Below the pieces are notes generated by a model, which was not told where the DNA came from, made no database searches, and saw only the letters and a program-made list of their open reading frames with translations. 64,000 nt of DNA, from the NCBI GenBank assembly GCA_043823745.1, contig JBDRAN010000035.1:13795-77794 (forward strand), read 5' to 3'. The translations under genes were made by a program, and so were the position numbers. This stretch comes from Candidatus Omnitrophota bacterium. GTDB lineage: Bacteria; Omnitrophota; Gorgyraeia; Duberdicusellales; 4484-171. Below are positions 9,287 to 20,100 of the stretch, in pieces (position 1 is the first letter of the stretch; each line of letters starts with the position of its first letter).

Positions 9287-9994
9287 CTACTGTGTTATGA
9301 TGCCGCCCGCAAGGCGAACGATACGGTGTGCGCGACGGGCAAGCTCAAGATTATGAGTAATAAGAACGAGCGCCTTTTTTTTATCGTGATGTAACGTTTC
9401 TAAAAGATGCATTACCTTATTCTGGGAATCAATATCGAGATTGCCCGTCGGTTCATCACATAAAATGATATCCGGGTTGTTGACGAGCGCCCGCGCTATC
9501 GCCACTTTTTGCTTTTCTCCTCCGGACAGCTGCGAAGGGAAAAAATCGCGACGCTCAATAATCCCTAAATATTCTAACAACTCCTGCGCTCTTTTGGAAG
9601 AAGATTTTCGTTTCATAGAATGCGCCGCGATGGCAATATTCTCGAGAACGTCGAGCTCCTCAATCAAATGATAGAACTGAAAAACAAAACCGATAGTCCG
9701 ATTACGCCAACGCGCCAACGCTCGCTCACCCATCGCATGGATGTCACTGCCCCGGAAGAAAATCGTCCCGTGTGTCGGCTCGTCAAGGCCGCCCATCATA
9801 TGCAACAGCGTCGACTTGCCCGCGCCGGAAGGCCCAACGATAGCGCAATAATCTCCTTCAGGAATCGCCAGCGTGACCTCGCGCAACGCAGCAACGGCGC
9901 CTTGAGCTGATGCGCCGGCATCATAAATTTTTGTTACCGCAACAATGTCGAGTAAGGTATTCATGGTGTATGCAGTATAGAATGTATTTTCCAT
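9287..9994 (-). CDS. lolD: LolD/MacB-type ABC transporter ATP-binding protein
   Basis: Walker A GPSGAGKST, signature LSGGEKQKVAIARAL, Walker B ILCDEPTGNLD. The true start is probably MNTLLDIV near 9964, because the track ORF reads into an intergenic hairpin. Confidence 0.7.
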   Translation of the reverse strand: MENTFYTAYTMNTLLDIVAVTKIYDAGASAQGAVAALREVTLAIPEGDYCAIVGPSGAGKSTLLHMMGGLDEPTHGTIFFRGSDIHAMGERALARWRNRTIGFVFQFYHLIEELDVLENIAIAAHSMKRKSSSKRAQELLEYLGIIERRDFFPSQLSGGEKQKVAIARALVNNPDIILCDEPTGNLDIDSQNKVMHLLETLHHDKKKALVLITHNLELARRAHRIVRLAGGIITQ

Positions 9995-10095
9995 GTATTG
10001 AGTAGTGAGTATTGTGTATTGAGTTTATCGAAAGCGTATCTTTCATCTCCTACTCGATACTCAATACTCTGTGCTCTATACTCAATCTTGCTAAA
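9995..10095. repeat. Intergenic hairpin repeat, GTATTGAGT family, between the LolC/E-like and LolD-like genes
   Basis: The arm GTATTGAGTAGTGAGTATTGTGTATTGAGT pairs with ACTCGATACTCAATACTCTGTGCTCTATACTCAAT. Confidence 0.7.
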
Positions 10096-10102
10096 CGCTA
10101 TC

Positions 10103-11260
10103 TTATTCGTACCTGAGCGCTTCCGACGGAGCAAGGCGCGATGCGCGTATTGCCGGAAGTAAACTTGAAAAAAACGCAAGCGCTATTCCCACGAGCGCGA
10201 TGAGGCCGATATCCCGGTAGTTAAGTGCAACAGGCAGGCTTTCCACGTAATATATTTCTTCCGGCAGTTTTATAAATTGATACTTAGCAAGCGCCCAACA
10301 CAACCCCAGCCCCAGGATGAGGCCGGCTGCCACGCCGATAACGCCCAAAAGAAGCCCTTGCAGGCTGAACATCGCCAAAATCTTATTGTTGGTAAACCCC
10401 AGCGACTTGAGCACTCCAATGTCTTTGGTTTTCTCAACTGTTTTCACCGTCAGGGTCGCAAAGATGTTAAATGATGCTACCAGCACGATCAGGCTTAAAA
10501 TAACAAACATCGCGATCTTTTCAAGTTTAAGAGCCGAGAAAAGAATACGATTGGTCTCCATCCAGGTACTAGCAAAAACTCCTTCAGGGAAATCGGCGAC
10601 TATCCTTTGCTTGATACGCTCTGCGGTAAACGGGTCTTTGATACGTATCCCTAAAAATAAAAGATAATTGGGAGTCAGCGTTTTTGCTTTTGCGAGGTCC
10701 ATAATCAAATAATTATTATCAATATCGTAGATGCCCACCTTAAAAGTTCCGCGAATCTGTCCTTCCTGAAGCTCCATTTTCCGCGCCAAAGGATACCACT
10801 CAAGCTTGCGAGCCAGATAATAACGTTTTTTCAGCCCTTCACCAACAAAAAAACCATCGTTCTTCAAATCTTCTTTAACATACTTATAAAATATCGCGGC
10901 TTCCTGCGCATCGGCCAGATCAACGCCCTTAACCATAAGCGGCGCAACATAATTTTCAAATTTAGCAAATACCTGTGTCTGCAGGTATACTGAAGCGCTC
11001 TCGACTCCCTCGTAAGCCAAGACCTTTTCTTTAATGCCGCCAAGCTCCTCTGATTTGACGCTCTCAACAACAAGATGATAATTAAAACGCAGGAGTTTCT
11101 CCATCAGATCGCGGTCAAAACCGTTCATCACGGAAATAACCACGATCAGCGCCGCAACACCAAGCGCGACTCCTGTGCAAGAAATAACACCGATAAAGGA
11201 AATATGTTTGGCCTTGCCCCTAAAAAGATACCGGCGAGCTAAGAATAGTTCTGTTCTCAT
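10103..11260 (-). CDS. LolC/LolE-family (FtsX-like) ABC transporter permease
   Basis: 385 aa. N-terminal TM helix, large periplasmic domain, C-terminal three-TM FtsX-like region. Directly upstream of the LolD-like ATPase. Confidence 0.65.
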   Translation of the reverse strand: MRTELFLARRYLFRGKAKHISFIGVISCTGVALGVAALIVVISVMNGFDRDLMEKLLRFNYHLVVESVKSEELGGIKEKVLAYEGVESASVYLQTQVFAKFENYVAPLMVKGVDLADAQEAAIFYKYVKEDLKNDGFFVGEGLKKRYYLARKLEWYPLARKMELQEGQIRGTFKVGIYDIDNNYLIMDLAKAKTLTPNYLLFLGIRIKDPFTAERIKQRIVADFPEGVFASTWMETNRILFSALKLEKIAMFVILSLIVLVASFNIFATLTVKTVEKTKDIGVLKSLGFTNNKILAMFSLQGLLLGVIGVAAGLILGLGLCWALAKYQFIKLPEEIYYVESLPVALNYRDIGLIALVGIALAFFSSLLPAIRASRLAPSEALRYE

Positions 11261-11340
11261 ATATTTACACGCAGATCATCGCAGATTAACACCACCGATG
11301 AACACAGATTTCTATCTGTGCCGATCCGTTCAAGTCTGAG

Positions 11341-12774
11341 CTAATCTGTGCCTTCAAGGGGCTTAAGAAGCGGAAATAAAATTACGTCTCTGATGGAAGG
11401 CTGATTTAAAAGAATCATTACGAGCCTGTCAATGCCAATACCAAGGCCTGCCGCCGGGGGCATCCCATATTCGAGACTCGTAACAAAATCCTTATCAATC
11501 TTTTTAGGAAGCTCCTCCTCGACCTCAAGCTGCTTGGTAAAACGCGCCTCCTGCTCAATGGGATCGTTTAATTCGGAATAGGCATTCGCGACTTCAAGCC
11601 CGGCAATAAACAGCTCAAAACGCTCAACGAGCGCAGGATTATCTCTGACGGTTTTCGCCAGCGGCGAAGTCCAGGTAAAAAATTCGGTAATAAATGCCGG
11701 CTTATCTTTTGGAAAATTCTTTTCAATGAGCTCCTCGGTAATATTTAATATTTGGGTGCGGCTGACGGCTTTTGCCGAAAGATTCATTTTCTTGACCACC
11801 TTCTCGACAAACACCGACTCAACATCTCCTGATTCGACCCCAAACTCTTGCTTAAAAAGCGCCGCGAAAGAAATCCGCTGCCAGGGCGGCGTAAAATCAA
11901 TTTTGGCTCCCTGGTAGTCAATCACCAACGTTCCATGAAGCTCCTGGACCAGTTGTGAAAACAGGTCTTCGCATGTTTTCATCTGATACTCATAGTTTTC
12001 ATAGGCGCAATACGCCTCAAGCATCGTAAACTCCGGAGAATGCCGCGTAGAAACTCCTTCGTTGCGAAAGCTCCGGTTGATCTCATACACACGCTCCATA
12101 CCCCCGACCAGAAGCCGTTTTAAATAGAGCTCCGGGGCGATACGAAGATACACGTCCATATCATTGGCATTATGGTGCGTAACAAACGGTTTCCCGACAG
12201 CCCCTCCCGCTAAAGGGTGCAGCATCGGCGTTTCCACTTCAATAAACCCGCGGTTGTTAAAAAAATCACGGATACGGGCGATGATTTTCGAACGCTTAAT
12301 AAAGACTTCTCGCACTTCGGGGTTTGCGATTAAATCAAGGTAACGCTGGCGATACCTGACCTCAACATCTTTTAAACCGTGCCATTTTTCGGGTAACGGA
12401 CGCAACGCCTTGGCAAGTACCGTAATATTTTCCGCCAATACCGTCTGCTCTCCGGTACGCGTTACAAAGAGCTTTCCCTTGATGCCGATAATGTCACCGA
12501 TATCTAAATCTTTAAAAAGCTGGTAGTGCGCGCCCAGCGTGTTAAGTTGAGCGTAAAGTTGGATTTTTCCAGTATGATCGCTGATGTGGCCAAAGCTTGA
12601 TTTACCGTGCTCACGCTTGGCAATGAGCCGGCCGGCAATCGTAACTTCTTTTCCTTCCGCAAAACCATCAACTATCTCTTTGATATTCAATGGTTTAGGA
12701 AAACTCGTCTGCGCAAAAGGGTTACCAAATTCCTGAGTGATTTTATGCAATTTCTCGATACTCATAAGCCACAA
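11341..12774 (-). CDS. lysS: Lysine--tRNA ligase (class II)
   Basis: N-terminal OB anticodon-binding domain; class II motifs FRNEGVSTRHSPEFTMLE and GLGIGIDRLVMIL. Confidence 0.9.
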   Translation of the reverse strand: MWLMSIEKLHKITQEFGNPFAQTSFPKPLNIKEIVDGFAEGKEVTIAGRLIAKREHGKSSFGHISDHTGKIQLYAQLNTLGAHYQLFKDLDIGDIIGIKGKLFVTRTGEQTVLAENITVLAKALRPLPEKWHGLKDVEVRYRQRYLDLIANPEVREVFIKRSKIIARIRDFFNNRGFIEVETPMLHPLAGGAVGKPFVTHHNANDMDVYLRIAPELYLKRLLVGGMERVYEINRSFRNEGVSTRHSPEFTMLEAYCAYENYEYQMKTCEDLFSQLVQELHGTLVIDYQGAKIDFTPPWQRISFAALFKQEFGVESGDVESVFVEKVVKKMNLSAKAVSRTQILNITEELIEKNFPKDKPAFITEFFTWTSPLAKTVRDNPALVERFELFIAGLEVANAYSELNDPIEQEARFTKQLEVEEELPKKIDKDFVTSLEYGMPPAAGLGIGIDRLVMILLNQPSIRDVILFPLLKPLEGTD

Positions 12775-12859
12775 TTATATATACTATACCTATAGATGTC
12801 AAACCAAATCACTATTCAGCTTTTTCGTATTGCGTATCGCGTCCCTACCAGGAGGCTTC

Positions 12860-12935
12860 GCACTATTGAGTATTGCACTTTAGGGGTTACGCACTCAATA
12901 CTCTGTACTCGATACTCAATACTTTCTTCACTAAT
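12860..12935. repeat. Intergenic hairpin repeat, GTATTGAGT family, between oppF-like and lysS
   Basis: The arm CTATTGAGTATTGCACT pairs with ACTCAATACTCTGTACTCGATACTCAATAC. Confidence 0.7.
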
Positions 12936-12953
12936 CGCTAACCGCTATCCGCT

Positions 12954-13718
12954 CTACGCTAATACATGATTGGCCGCGGCGAGCAACCGCTTGGTGTATG
13001 AATGGACTGGATTTGTAAAGATCACCTGGCTTATACCCTGCTCAACGATTGCACCTTGATACATGATGTAGCAGAATTGAGAAATCCTTTTAAGCAGCTT
13101 TAGGTTATGAGAGATAAAAAGAAAAGTCATACTATGTTTTTTTTGCAGGTGCGCAAGAAGCCTAATAATAGTCACTGCGGTGGTAGCGTCAAGACTTGAT
13201 GTAGGTTCGTCAAAGATTACCATACGGGGCCTGTTAATGAGCGCGCGCGCAATCGCCACGCGCTGCTGCTGGCCCCCGCTTAACTCGTGAGGATACCGGG
13301 TAAGGTAGGTTTCGTCAAGCTCGACTTCCGCTAATGCCGCGCGCACCGTTGATAATGCCTCCGCACGCCTGATCCTATGCCGCACCCGAAGGACCTCATC
13401 GAGTGTCGCAAACACGGTATAGCGATGATCAAGGCTTGCGCTAGGATTTTGAAAAACGATCTGAATATTTTCGCGCACAAGGCGCTCATTACGGGGAGGT
13501 GTAATGTCGGCCCCATTACACCGAATAGAGCCACACACGGGCCGGTTAAATCCAAGGATAGTCCGTGCCAAAGTCGTTTTCCCACATCCGCTTTCCCCCG
13601 CAAGGCCGATGACGCCCTGCTGCGGAAAGCGTAACGTAACACCATCAAGCGCTTTGATCACGTCGCGTTTCTGCTTAAAATATACTTTGAGGTCTTCTAT
13701 CGTTAAAAAGTCAGCCAT
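12954..13718 (-). CDS. Opp/Dpp-type ABC transporter ATP-binding protein (F subunit)
   Basis: Walker A GESGCGKTT, signature LSGGQQQRVAIARAL, Walker B VIFDEPTSSLD. Confidence 0.75.
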   Translation of the reverse strand: MADFLTIEDLKVYFKQKRDVIKALDGVTLRFPQQGVIGLAGESGCGKTTLARTILGFNRPVCGSIRCNGADITPPRNERLVRENIQIVFQNPSASLDHRYTVFATLDEVLRVRHRIRRAEALSTVRAALAEVELDETYLTRYPHELSGGQQQRVAIARALINRPRMVIFDEPTSSLDATTAVTIIRLLAHLQKKHSMTFLFISHNLKLLKRISQFCYIMYQGAIVEQGISQVIFTNPVHSYTKRLLAAANHVLA

Positions 13719-13724
13719 TTCTAA

Positions 13725-14513
13725 TTATAATTCTCCCAATTCTTTAAAAGATGCAAGGAGACTTTTAGAATAATTCTCTCCCGGCGCACGGAAAAAGTTA
13801 TCGACTGCCGCGGCCTCTACAACTTTCCCCGCGCGCAGCACCACTAGGCGGTCGCAGAGCGCTTTTACTAAATCAAGATTATGCGTAATAAACAGCATGC
13901 TAAAACGATACTCCCGGCGCAATGCTTTGAGAAGATTTATAATTTCGCTCTCCGTGGTAACGTCAAGAGAACTCGTCGGCTCATCGGCAATAATCAACGA
14001 GGGCTCAAGCATCAGCGTCATGGCCAGCGCTACCCTTTGGAGTTGGCCTCCGCTGAGCTCGTGAGGATAACTTGCAAGCACGCGCTTTGCTTCTTTTAAG
14101 CGCACTTTATTAAACACAGTATCGATGGCCTCATTGAATTGACTTTTTGCGCGTAGCCCTTTTTTAATACGCAACACCTCGCGCACCTGATATCCAATAC
14201 TTAAAACCGGATTGAAACTTGAGGCGGGCTCCTGCATAATCAGGCCAAGATTATTTCCACGCAAGCTCTCAAGCCGGGTCTTTCTCGCCTTAAAAATACT
14301 TTCTTGACGGAAAAAAATATCGCCTTTCGTGTACGCATCGAGCGGTAAAAGGTCTAGGATCGAGAACGCGAGAGTGCTTTTACCGCTTCCTGATTCACCG
14401 ACAATACCAACGATCTCATTCTCGTTAACACTGAAACTAACATCATCAAGTGCCGCGCGGTTTTGCGGGGTTGACTGATAGTGTACGGTAAGATTTTTTA
14501 TTTCTAAAATCAT
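13725..14513 (-). CDS. Opp/Dpp-type ABC transporter ATP-binding protein (D subunit)
   Basis: Walker A GESGSGKST, signature LSGGQLQRVALAMTL, Walker B IIADEPTSSLD. Confidence 0.75.
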   Translation of the reverse strand: MILEIKNLTVHYQSTPQNRAALDDVSFSVNENEIVGIVGESGSGKSTLAFSILDLLPLDAYTKGDIFFRQESIFKARKTRLESLRGNNLGLIMQEPASSFNPVLSIGYQVREVLRIKKGLRAKSQFNEAIDTVFNKVRLKEAKRVLASYPHELSGGQLQRVALAMTLMLEPSLIIADEPTSSLDVTTESEIINLLKALRREYRFSMLFITHNLDLVKALCDRLVVLRAGKVVEAAAVDNFFRAPGENYSKSLLASFKELGEL

Positions 14514-14581
14514 ATACTATTCACCCAGACTTCAGGCTTTACGCTATAAACCTAGAACCTGTAACCTTGAGCCTACACCCC

Positions 14582-15637
14582 TTACAGGATCTTCCTCTTC
14601 GGATCCAACGCGTCCCTGAGCGCGTCTCCGACAACATTAAAACAAACGACGGTTACCAGAATAAATATTCCCGGCGTAAGTATCCAGGGAGAAAGACGAA
14701 TATTAACGATCCCGAGCGCTGACGAAAGAAGATTACCCCAGCTTGCCTGCGGCTCCTGGATACCCAGGCCCAGTAAACTCAATGCCGCCTCCGCGCCAAT
14801 ATACCCGGGAATACTTAAGAAAAACGCCGCCAATACATAAGAAAACGTGTGCGGCAAAATATGACGCGTGATGATCGCGACATGCGACAAGCCGCTTGCG
14901 CGCGCGGCATAAACAAACTCACGCTCCCGAAGCGATAAGCTCAAGCCTCTGATGATGCGGGCAATAGACGCCCAGCCAATCAAGGAAAGTATTACCACGA
15001 TAAGCAAATAAACCTCAAGCGAACGTAAATACGGCGGGAATGCGGCGCGAAGAGCAAGCATCAGATAAAATGCCGGAACGCACATGATGACTTCGCATAA
15101 ACGCATTAAAGCATTATCAACGCTACCCCCCGCGTAGCCGGCAATACCACCCACAACCATTCCGATTCCAAGCGAAAGAAGCGCTCCGACAATTCCTATG
15201 GAAAGAGAAACTTGCGCGCCATACAGAATACGGGAGAAGATATCGCGGCCGCGGCTATCTGCGCCGCATAAAAATACTTTTGTCCCCGGCGCTCCGAAAA
15301 AATGAATATCACTCTCAAACAAACCAAAAAGTTTATAACGGCTACCGCGCACAAACAACTTCACCGGACACGATTTCATTGTATCTTCAACGTATACACG
15401 CTGATAATATTCATTCAGTGAAACATTCCGCCGATAGACAAAGGGAGGGCTTACCCTATTGTTTCCATCAATCAAATGAATCTGTGAGGGCGGCGCATAT
15501 ACCGTCAAAACATCATCGTCGTCGTAATGGTAAGGCGCAAAAAAAGGAGCAAACAGAGCCATCGTATACAAAACACCTAAGACCACAAGGCTCGCCAGCG
15601 CTAACTTGTTATGAGTGATTGTTTTTAGAATGTTCAT
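14582..15637 (-). CDS. Opp/Dpp-type ABC transporter permease (C subunit)
   Basis: Polytopic permease of about 350 aa with an N-terminal extension, as in OppC/DppC. Confidence 0.7.
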   Translation of the reverse strand: MNILKTITHNKLALASLVVLGVLYTMALFAPFFAPYHYDDDDVLTVYAPPSQIHLIDGNNRVSPPFVYRRNVSLNEYYQRVYVEDTMKSCPVKLFVRGSRYKLFGLFESDIHFFGAPGTKVFLCGADSRGRDIFSRILYGAQVSLSIGIVGALLSLGIGMVVGGIAGYAGGSVDNALMRLCEVIMCVPAFYLMLALRAAFPPYLRSLEVYLLIVVILSLIGWASIARIIRGLSLSLREREFVYAARASGLSHVAIITRHILPHTFSYVLAAFFLSIPGYIGAEAALSLLGLGIQEPQASWGNLLSSALGIVNIRLSPWILTPGIFILVTVVCFNVVGDALRDALDPKRKIL

Positions 15638-15639
15638 AA

Positions 15640-15765
15640 TGAGTAAGCGTAGAGCGGTTAGCGTAGAGCGTATAGAAAAAAATTAGCGAAGATTAGAAAA
15701 TTCTAAATTCTATATTTTTCTCTAAACGCTATCCGCTCAACGCTCTACGCTAAACTTGACACCCT
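15640..15765. repeat. Intergenic palindromic repeat (GCGTAGAGCG... / ...CGCTCTACGC) between the oppB-like and oppC-like genes; related to 12935..12965
   Basis: Inverted copies of GCGTAGAGCGGTTAGCGTAGAGCG and CGCTCAACGCTCTACGC. A shared ACGCTATCCGCTC block also occurs at 12935-12960. Confidence 0.6.
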
Positions 15766-15780
15766 GTAAGCATTAGCCCC

Positions 15781-16749
15781 TCACCGCTGGTACCGTATTC
15801 GCGGATCGGCATACGCAAGTAAAATATCGCTTAAAAGGTTACCGGCGATAAGCATGATTCCGCCGATAAGCATAGCGCCCATCACTAAATATAGATCCTG
15901 ACTGCGCACCGCCTCAAGCGTTACCTGCCCTAAACCCGGCCAGCCGACAATAATTTCCACCAACGCCGCGCCGCTTAATAAATCAGCAAACTGATATCCA
16001 AAAATAGTAATCATAGGGTTAAGCGCGTTACGCAGCGCGTGGCTATACAGAATGCGCGTACGACTCAATCCTCGCGCGCGCGCGCCCAAAATATAGGTAG
16101 AGCCTAGTATTTCAAGCATATGAGCTCGCAATATCTTATGCAGGCTGGCAATACTTCCGATCGAAAGCACCAGCACAGGAATAATAAGATGCCTCAGAAG
16201 ATCGCCTGCTTTCTGCCACGGCGAAAGCTCCTCAAAAAGAAGCGAGCGCATACCTCCCAGCGGGAACCATCCCGAAAAAGTAGCGGCATAGAGAAAAATA
16301 AAAGCCCAAAAAAACGCGGGCGTTGAAATGCCTACATATGAGCATAAGGAAAGGACTTTATCGATTAACTTATTTTTATGGAGAGCCGCGGTCACACCGA
16401 GAGGAATAACGATGAGCCACGTAAAAAGAAGGGATGAAAGCGCCAAAAGGACGGTGTTAGCCGCCCGCGCTGCAATGACGCGCGCGACAGGAGCTTTGTA
16501 CGCGAATGAATAACCAAGATCTCCGGAAAAAATGTTTTTGAGCCACACTCCGTACTGGACAAGGAAAGGCTTGTTGAGGCAAAATTTCTCCTCATAAAGC
16601 CGTATCGCGTCACGCGACACTTGGGGGTTAAGACGCAGGCTATCAAGAAAATCGCCGGGAGCAATATGGATAAAAAGGAATGCGAGAAATGTTATAGTAA
16701 AAAGAAGCGGAACAACGTACAGGAGCCGCTTGACAATATAATAGCGCAT
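15781..16749 (-). CDS. Opp/Dpp-type ABC transporter permease (B subunit)
   Basis: 322 aa with a typical DppB/OppB N-terminus MRYYIVKRLLYVVPLL and about six TM segments. Confidence 0.7.
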   Translation of the reverse strand: MRYYIVKRLLYVVPLLFTITFLAFLFIHIAPGDFLDSLRLNPQVSRDAIRLYEEKFCLNKPFLVQYGVWLKNIFSGDLGYSFAYKAPVARVIAARAANTVLLALSSLLFTWLIVIPLGVTAALHKNKLIDKVLSLCSYVGISTPAFFWAFIFLYAATFSGWFPLGGMRSLLFEELSPWQKAGDLLRHLIIPVLVLSIGSIASLHKILRAHMLEILGSTYILGARARGLSRTRILYSHALRNALNPMITIFGYQFADLLSGAALVEIIVGWPGLGQVTLEAVRSQDLYLVMGAMLIGGIMLIAGNLLSDILLAYADPRIRYQR

Positions 16750-16794
16750 CGTACGATAGACCCATTATTCCTGCTACAGGAGCCGACAGAAAAG

Positions 16795-17106
16795 CTAGAC
16801 GACCTTCTCAAGCGGCTGTGCCATCTCCCTGTTAAACGCGATTCCGGCATGCCAACTCTCACCGATTTTTTTACACCAACATACTTTTCCGAGTGCTGTT
16901 ATTACATCGTACGCCCGGGCCTCGAGAGAAAGGCCGGCATACGAATCAACCGCCAAAGGCTCATTCGCGCTTACGCGCGCGCCATGAGCGCTGATATCAA
17001 GGCACTCGATTCTGCGGGAGAAATTGTCCTTTGAAAAAAATAATCCTTTCAAAGAACATGGAACGCGCGGCGATCGCCGCCTGCTACCATACAACTCTTC
17101 GCCCAT
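16795..17106 (-). CDS. PilZ-domain protein (putative c-di-GMP receptor)
   Basis: RRxxxR motif (RRRSPRV) followed by DISAHGARV...DSYAGLSL, i.e. the PilZ (D/N)xSxxG pattern. The ATG at 17104-17106 is preceded by a perfect AAGGAGG Shine-Dalgarno at 17111-17117. The track's TTG start at 17175 is unlikely. Confidence 0.65.
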   Translation of the reverse strand: MGEELYGSRRRSPRVPCSLKGLFFSKDNFSRRIECLDISAHGARVSANEPLAVDSYAGLSLEARAYDVITALGKVCWCKKIGESWHAGIAFNREMAQPLEKVV

Positions 17107-17110
17107 ACTT

Positions 17111-17117
17111 CCTCCTT
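17111..17117 (-). promoter_or_regulatory. Shine-Dalgarno AAGGAGG for the PilZ gene
   Basis: Reverse complement of CCTCCTT, 4 nt upstream of the ATG at 17104-17106. Confidence 0.6.
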
Positions 17118-17177
17118 TTTTATTGTAACATGTAAATAATTTAATAAAATATTTTTCGCATTGCGCCCTATACAATT

Positions 17178-20100
17178 CTATCGAACAACGGGTCTGGCCG
17201 GCATATCTATGCGATTCCTGAAAACAATGGTATTTTGGCGGATATGCATAGCTCTTCCGTTTGTAAGGGGCATTTCCATTGGTAACAGGGCGCTGCTGGG
17301 GCTTGACGAAGCTCCTCGGTTTTTTTCCAAAGCGTTATGTAACCCTTTTGCTTCCCACGAGATTACTTTATATTCCCATTGCAATTCAATTATCTGCCTT
17401 TTGACCTGTTCATAAGAACTTTGAAGCTGCGGGACTAAGCGGGCCACTTCTTGTTCTATTGCCTTAAGCCGCGCCTCAATCACCTGAATTCGTTTCCGCA
17501 GAGCCTCTTCTGAATCACTCGATAGAGCCGCCCTGCGCATCGTATCTATAAGTATCCGTTCATCGTCTCTTGCCGCAATGTGCGGGTCCTGGTATACTTT
17601 CTCTCTTATTGCAAGCGCTTCTTCAGGCTTGATTCTTAACGGTATGACTCCGTCATCGCCGCTTCTTACCACACCCTTGACCCCTCCCGGTAAAAGTCGA
17701 TAAAACGCAATGGCTCCTTTCGCGTTGCATTCAGCGATAATTTTTCTATCCGTATTTAAAGATTCCCTGAAATTACCTTTCTCGCCAGGAGAAGACAGCC
17801 GGTACAACTCCTGATACTGAGGGATTCTATCAAGCAGCACTACTGTCAGATAAAAACCAACCTCCCGATTACCCCACACAATACCGGCGGCTTTCGCCCC
17901 AATGCGTCTCATAACTTCACTTTCCTCCGGCCCGGGTAAAATTTCTCCCTCGGCCAGCAGTCTACTCTGACCCGTCGCTACCTGTCTATACCTCCAGAGG
18001 ATAAAGGGATGCGAATGGATAATAAACTTGCCATGAGGGACTGGCTTAATTACCTTTATGTCTCTAAACTGAGCTTCTGTCTTTTTCCCTTTATAAAAAA
18101 GTATAGGGTTAAGGGTTGCGTTCCCGGCTACTGCCGCGGTAAAGACTGACTCAATGCTTTCAGTATCAAGCACATCAACGACGGAACCAAGGGCTTGACG
18201 CAATCGCTGATCTTCTCTTAAGAAATATTCAAAATCATTACAATCGCGTAACTTCCAGACTTCAGCCGAGGATGAAGAGACCACGCTTTGAGTACTAAAA
18301 AATGATACGCTCGGTTCTTGCTTCAAGGCCTGCGTATCAGGCACTGAACTGCTTGAACTCGTAGCTGATCCGCTCAAAAACATACGCATAAAGTCCCCCG
18401 CCACTCGAAGATGCCCGTCATCTCCGGCAAATAACCTTACCTGTTCATCGCTTAAAGACTGAAAAATAGCTTTGTCTCTTGTTAAAACAAGGTTCAACAA
18501 ATTTTCAAGCGTTTCGGTTAATTGTAAATCCTTTATCCTTTTTTGTGCGTGCAACAACGAGTATCGATCTCTTCTTACTTTTCCCGCAATAGACGCTAAG
18601 CAATCCCTTATCCACTCAAGGTTACCTCGGAATTTTTTCCGTATCCCGATCGTAACAAAGCAGTTACTCACATAAATACCAACCTCCTGGGCTAGCGCAT
18701 CATCAAGAGCTATTTTTGCTGATAAGAGATTGTCCAAGGGTTCATTACTGTTGAAAGTAGGGCTTGAAACAGCTTTTCTGCTGCTGATATTTTTTGCGCT
18801 GTGAACAAAAGAAACGTCTGGCTGCACTCGTCCGAATCGGTGAGACTGATGGATTATTCCGGCTACGCGTATTTTTTTCTCAGACAAGCTTGGATTCAAC
18901 AAAGTAAATGGTCCATCCGGCAAGCTGTGAAACCAGGTGCGCAATTGATGCTGGTGAGTAACCCCAAGGGCGATTGCTGCTGGTTTTTCGGCACCCGAAG
19001 CTATAATGGTATCGAATATGCCTTCAAGCCTGGAACTCGTATAGTCTTTTGTTTCTCCACCGGCCAACACCTGAAAAGCCCGCCAGGAAATTTCGCTCTG
19101 AGTTATTTTCCAAAGCCTGATCCGTTTTGCCACGGCACCGCCACTGATAGAGTGTGGCCTGCACCAAAGCCCAACTTCCTCTTTACTGAATCGCACTGTA
19201 GCTTTTATCTTAAACAATGCTGACAGGTATGATTGCGCCAGCAGGTCTACGAAACGCTGCTGCCGGAGGTCTCTCCTACTATACGTAACCAAGGCTACAG
19301 AAGAGCTGCCACTCTCACCTTCCGGCGCATTTGGTGAGCTGGCGCGGCCTTGCCCTGAGCCTGTCGAAGGGCCGCCCTTGTCAAGACTTTCCTTATTGGC
19401 TATGGCTTCCCTTATTCGCGTAAAAATATTATCCAAGTTCTTCTGCACTGTATTTCTTAGACGCCAATAGGGGCCACTGGGCGGAACAAAAAACCGGCCT
19501 GCGGTTGGCCGTTCATCTTCATAAACAAACAACTCTTTCTCACCCAAAACAAGATAAACCATATTTGCTGATTTTGGATACTGCTTTACGAAAGCATCCC
19601 TCATCTTTTCTGTCATCACAAAGATAATAACTGCTTCTTCTATTTCTGCGCTGGTAACTTTCCGCTGCTCATGCAAAATTAAAATCGGATCGCTCTGCTT
19701 ATCTACATCTGTACCGGGATCCGAAACAACCTCACACAAGGCCGCTGACCAAACCTCTATTCTGCCTCTCAAATCATCAGGAACCATTGAACACAAGATA
19801 CCCGCCACTATCGGCGAACGCTCTTTATTTTGATTACAAAGAACCAGGACCTTATGCCTCGAGGAATCCTGCGCGCCGCTATCAAGGTTTCTTTCTTCCG
19901 GCGAGGTACGGCCGGCTTTTCTTCCCACATCTCTGGTCCCACACCCTACGCCCTTCGGATTTTCCGCCGGCGAGCTAGCCCGGCCTTTGCTATCAAGGTG
20001 TTCGAGTTGGTTTGGATTTAATTCTTTAAGCTGCCGCCAAAATGTGTATTTGATAAAATGCCAACCCTGCCTGGCATTGCGATAATCATCGTCATTCCTT

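Noticed and set aside
11312-11330. 7-bp-stem hairpin CACAGATttctaTCTGTG after the lysS stop codon as an intrinsic terminator
   Set aside because: The stem is short and no U-tract follows on the transcribed strand, so support is weak.
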